Positions 60,054 through 64,000 of a DNA stretch of 64,000 nucleotides are shown in pieces. This DNA comes from Centroscyllium fabricii (Eukaryota), in NCBI GenBank assembly GCA_051313645.2, contig JBNRSN020000005.1, forward strand, positions 303,366,001-303,430,000, written 5' to 3'. Position numbers and translations under genes: made by a program. The notes under the pieces are model-generated. The model was given only the letters and a program-made list of their open reading frames with translations. It did no database searches and was not told the DNA's origin. How positions within the stretch are numbered: the stretch's first letter is position 1; each line of letters opens with the position of its first letter.

Positions 60054-60339
60054 TGTGATGAACCATTTGGTGTGGTTCACACTGTGCTATTATTGTATAT
60101 AGTTTGTGTTAATATATCTGTACCTTTCTGGATTATTGTATATAGTTTGTGTTAATAAATCTGTACCTTTCTGTAAGGACCTGGACCGGCTGACCCCGCC
60201 TCTGGGTATGAGTATAAAGGAGAATGCTCCGCCCACCTGACTCTCATTCCGGGCGGACTCATCGCAGACTAGGTTCAGTTCTTTGTAAATAAAAGCCTTT
60301 CGTTAGAACAAGCTGTCGGCTCTGATTTGAGGCTCTTCA
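60054..60339 (+). mobile_element. Solo LTR (near-identical to 6948-7233)
   Basis: TGTGATGAACC...GAGGCTCTTCA. Confidence 0.85.
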
Positions 60340-60340
60340 A

Positions 60341-60538
60341 TTTTATTTACAAAGAACTGAACCTAGTCTGCGATGAGTCCGCCCGGAATGAGAGTCAGGT
60401 GGGCGGAGCATTCTCCTTTATACTCATACCCAGAGGCGGGGTCAGCCGGTCCAGGTCCTTACAGAAAGGTACAGATTTATTAACACAAACTATATACAAT
60501 AATAGCACAGTGTGAACCATACCAAATGGTTCATCACA
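60341..60538 (-). mobile_element. Inverted partial copy of the same LTR
   Basis: Reverse complement from TGTGATG through AATAAAA; lacks the internal duplication and the segment after the polyA signal. Confidence 0.85.
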
Positions 60539-61249
60539 CGTTTCCACCCCCCCCGCATTCAAAGTCATGCAGCCTCATTCAGTTTGAAGTTTGGGCCTAT
60601 CAGTCAGGGATTCTGTGCCAACACTGCCACTGACTCAGCGGGCAAGCATGCACCTGTTGCAGGCCCCACTTGTAAGGAGCACTACTCAAACACTCAGGAT
60701 CAGTCATCCAATAAAGTGGTTGAGACCGGCACAGAGTGGAAAAGGTGCCTATTAACACCTACACAGCGGAGTCAAATCATTTTGCATGGTCTAAATGGTA
60801 CATTATAAAACAATTGTACTTGTATTACTTTGTGCACACACACACACATCGGCACAGTCAGATCGTAGCATACATGCAAGGAAAGGATTGGAGAATGGGT
60901 CAGAAACGTTAAGCACTGCTGGATCAGCTGCTAAAGGGTTTTTATGCTGTGTGTGAAATTAAGCTCTATTTACAGAGCATCTGATTCAGAACAAATAGAA
61001 TAATGTCAAATAAAAACAGAACATGCTGGAAACACACAGCCGGTCAGCTCCACAGATGTTACCTGGCCTGCGGTGTTTCTCCAGCATTTTCTGTTTTTAT
61101 TCCAGATTTCCAGAATCCACAGTATTTTGCTTTCGTTTCAGAATAATGTGACCGTAGCTCGGCACAAAGCAACTTAAAAGCGTGAAATATCAGAATATGA
61201 TCGGACAATCATCACTACTGGAAGTAGCAAATATGTTTTACACTGCATG

Positions 61250-61378
61250 ATGAGGCGGGATGGAGAGTATAAATAAAATTGAGGTTAGGATCAGATCAGC
61301 CATGATCTCATTGAATGGTGGAGCAGGCTCGAGGGGCCGAATGGCCTACTCCTGCTCCTATTTCTTATGTTCTTATGA
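61250..61378 (+). mobile_element. CR1 3' tail
   Basis: gatcagccatgatctcattgaatgg...ttcttatgttcttatg. Confidence 0.8.
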
Positions 61379-62219
61379 TGGAGCAGACTTGGATCCTGAA
61401 AAGGCCCAACTGTTTGAACAGAACTTGTTGGAGATCTGAATCCATGTCAAGAGTATTCAATGAGATGATTAGAATTCACGGGAACATAAAAAGACTTCCT
61501 TTTTTGTGCAAGTACTAACCCCCCCACCCCCTCAGTTATTTTCTCCACCATTTCAGCGATCACTCAAGACCACGTATCAACGGTGAAAAAGATGAAAAGC
61601 CGGCAACTTGTTTCCCGGATTCTGCCAATACTCTGAACCGATCAGTAAAAGGGAATCATGAGTGGGCCAACCTTTTGGCTTTCCATTGCTCTGTACGGAG
61701 CTGCACCTGACCTCTGCTCAACATCTCCCTACAGCAGGGCAACACAGATCAGAAACTCGGGATCAGGCAGGAATTGCCGGCACAGCCTGTGTTCCACCAC
61801 TCAATCGCGTGCGTCATTTCTTCAGTCTACAGGATCACTATTTTCAAAGCTCATTTTTAAAAGAAAGAAAATGCCAAAGGTATTTAAAAGTAATGGAGAT
61901 AAGCACAGTGGTGGCCACAGCATGTTCAAGCACTGGGATTCAGGCTCATTGCTGCCAACATGTGATTCCCCAATCTCAGCAGCATAGCTGTGGAGAGACA
62001 CCAAGCAGAGGCAAGCTGCTTCATAAGCAGGAGGGTAGAACTGGGAGGTGCTATTCTCAGGTCATTTTTGAGGTTCTCTATTAGATATAAATAATGGTTA
62101 GAAGCTCACAGTACATATATTCTAAAGTTTTGAAACAAAAAACTTATAAAGCATGAAGGACATTTTCCTAAAATGTATGTTGGCCTTGTAGTTAATAATT
62201 GCATTATTTATACAAGTCC

Positions 62220-62490
62220 CATCAAGTTTCAAGTTTACTTTATTTGTCACATACATCATTAAACATGCACAAAGTGCAGTGAAATGCTTAATCTCAAGCT
62301 CCATGTCTGTGCTCTCCGGATAACAATAAATACAAATAATAATTTATAATTGCAAGAATAAAAGGCATTCAATCATCAGGGAGCAGTATACCGACCCTTG
62401 GCAGCATCTTCATTTAGGATCCAGATGGCTTGGGGATAAAAGTTCCGCCTAAGCCTCTCTGTGTTGGTCTTAATGCTGCGGTAGCTTTAT
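62220..62490 (-). mobile_element. Probable Rex1 3' tail remnant
   Basis: tcaagtttcaagtttactttatttgtcac tail and an RTNT..RRNFYP-like remnant on the minus strand. Confidence 0.5.
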
Positions 62491-63897
62491 CACACTTTAT
62501 CACAAAATTCTCACTCTGATATTAAGTAAATCTTAAGTCAAGCTTGCATATTTACATTTCCAATATGCATTTCAACAGGTTATAGTACAGGTATATACCG
62601 GTTTATTTATTATATGTTGCCTTTTGGAAGCTTAAACCAAAGAGATGGTCGGGGCAGGGTGGGTTCTAGTTTCCATTGGTTATGTGGCCTTAGTCCTTCA
62701 CTGCCTTTGTTTCCAAGAAACGGGTTTTCCATTATGCCATTTTGATTTTTTAAAAGCTATGATACTGAGCTATAAAGAACAGGACAACCACAGAATTGAT
62801 TCCTGGTCTGTGCTAAGCTCGCATTTGGCTGAAATTGCAATGGAGGTGCCACAATTGACCACCTAGGGAAAGACAATCATCAGCTAGGGTTCTCAATCCT
62901 GATTTGGATGGATATTGGCTAACAACAAAATGGTGCTCAGCTATGATACCACCCATGAGTCAAGTCATGTGCCAATATTCACTCATTTGAATAGCCACTC
63001 AAATGGGTTCAGAAAATGCACTGCAGAATTATACTCCAACATGAATCACTGCATTTGAGAGATGGGCAGGGAGCACAGGCTTGGTACTGTTAACATCAAA
63101 AACAAGTTGGTTTGGAAAGGTTAATGATGCCTACAACAAACTGAATTGAAAGATACACAGTCTTTATGGGAATAAAATGTTGGGGCAATATCTTTTATAT
63201 TCAGAGGCGCCAGGTTTGATTTGTCACAATGTCATGTCCAAATGATGTGGCTCAACAGGATTTGTCTTATTGTTGCACATGTGTTAAACAGGCAAAAGAT
63301 TTGACAAAAACTTTTTCAGAAAGACAATGTTTCTTTAACATACATCATTGAAACCAAACCATCCTCGAGCTAATGGCTTGCCGTTACTAGTGTTAATTCA
63401 GTTTGTTGCTTATCCATGCATGATCACGCATGTTACAGAAACTGTTTCTCAATGCAAAAACTCTTGAAATGCACCCCTGCTAGTCATATAATTGATATTA
63501 TGCATATACAATCGTTTTTGCCACAAAAGTTTCTACCATATTATGAGACTATAAAGAATTGACTACCTTTGATTTCTCGAAGCTGCACAAGTTTGTCAAT
63601 AGTTGCTTCAGCAGATTTGTACTATTAACTTTCATTCCCCAACAATAGTTATCAGTGTCAAGCATTGCATCTTTCTATCCCTTGCATATAGTTCCCACTA
63701 AATTCCTAACTTGTCTAACATGATGGTAACATTATGAAAGAAATATTCCACTTGGAAAGAGTCTCCCGAAGACATACATATATCTTTTGAAAGACGCAGC
63801 TAAATAATTCGCCTCGGGTTAAATACGAAACAAAAGTTGCATGATTCTGAATTGATGGTTTAAAGTTCATTAAGTGTGTGATGTTAAGTGGCTATAT

Positions 63898-63908
63898 TTA
63901 TTATTATT

Positions 63909-63986
<78 letters not shown>
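63898..63986. repeat. (TTA)n/(AAT)n microsatellite
   Basis: About 5 TTA units switching to about 25 AAT units. Confidence 0.95.
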
Positions 63987-64000
63987 TCAACTTTGTCTAT

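Overview
A eukaryotic, repeat-dominated window with no recognisable intact host gene exon. The repeat families (HE1-type V-SINE, Deu-type SINE, many CR1 copies) point to a cartilaginous fish (shark) genome; this is an inference from family recognition, not a database result. Most of the sequence is nested CR1, L2, Rex1 and other CR1-clade LINE fragments, SINEs and several families of MITEs. Main features: (i) a near-intact, young, GC-rich CsRn1-type Gypsy element (51129-55757; Trp PBS, ATAA TSD, one 1-bp frameshift); (ii) a 2.56-kb PIF/Harbinger element (57011-59566; TAA TSD) carrying an intact spliced MADF + BESS-like gene and no transposase; (iii) a processed GTF2A2 (TFIIA-gamma) pseudogene lying between a matched pair of MITE terminal inverted repeats, a possible Pack-TIR (14423-15737); (iv) ~210-bp fold-back Penelope-type elements with long TSDs carrying minimal hammerhead ribozymes (21423-21628, 55851-56068), plus a second hammerhead family at 28434-28470; (v) an HE1 SINE variant whose LINE-derived tail has been swapped; (vi) three solo LTRs of one family, one fused to an inverted partial copy. 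Coordinates of decayed LINE fragments are approximate.
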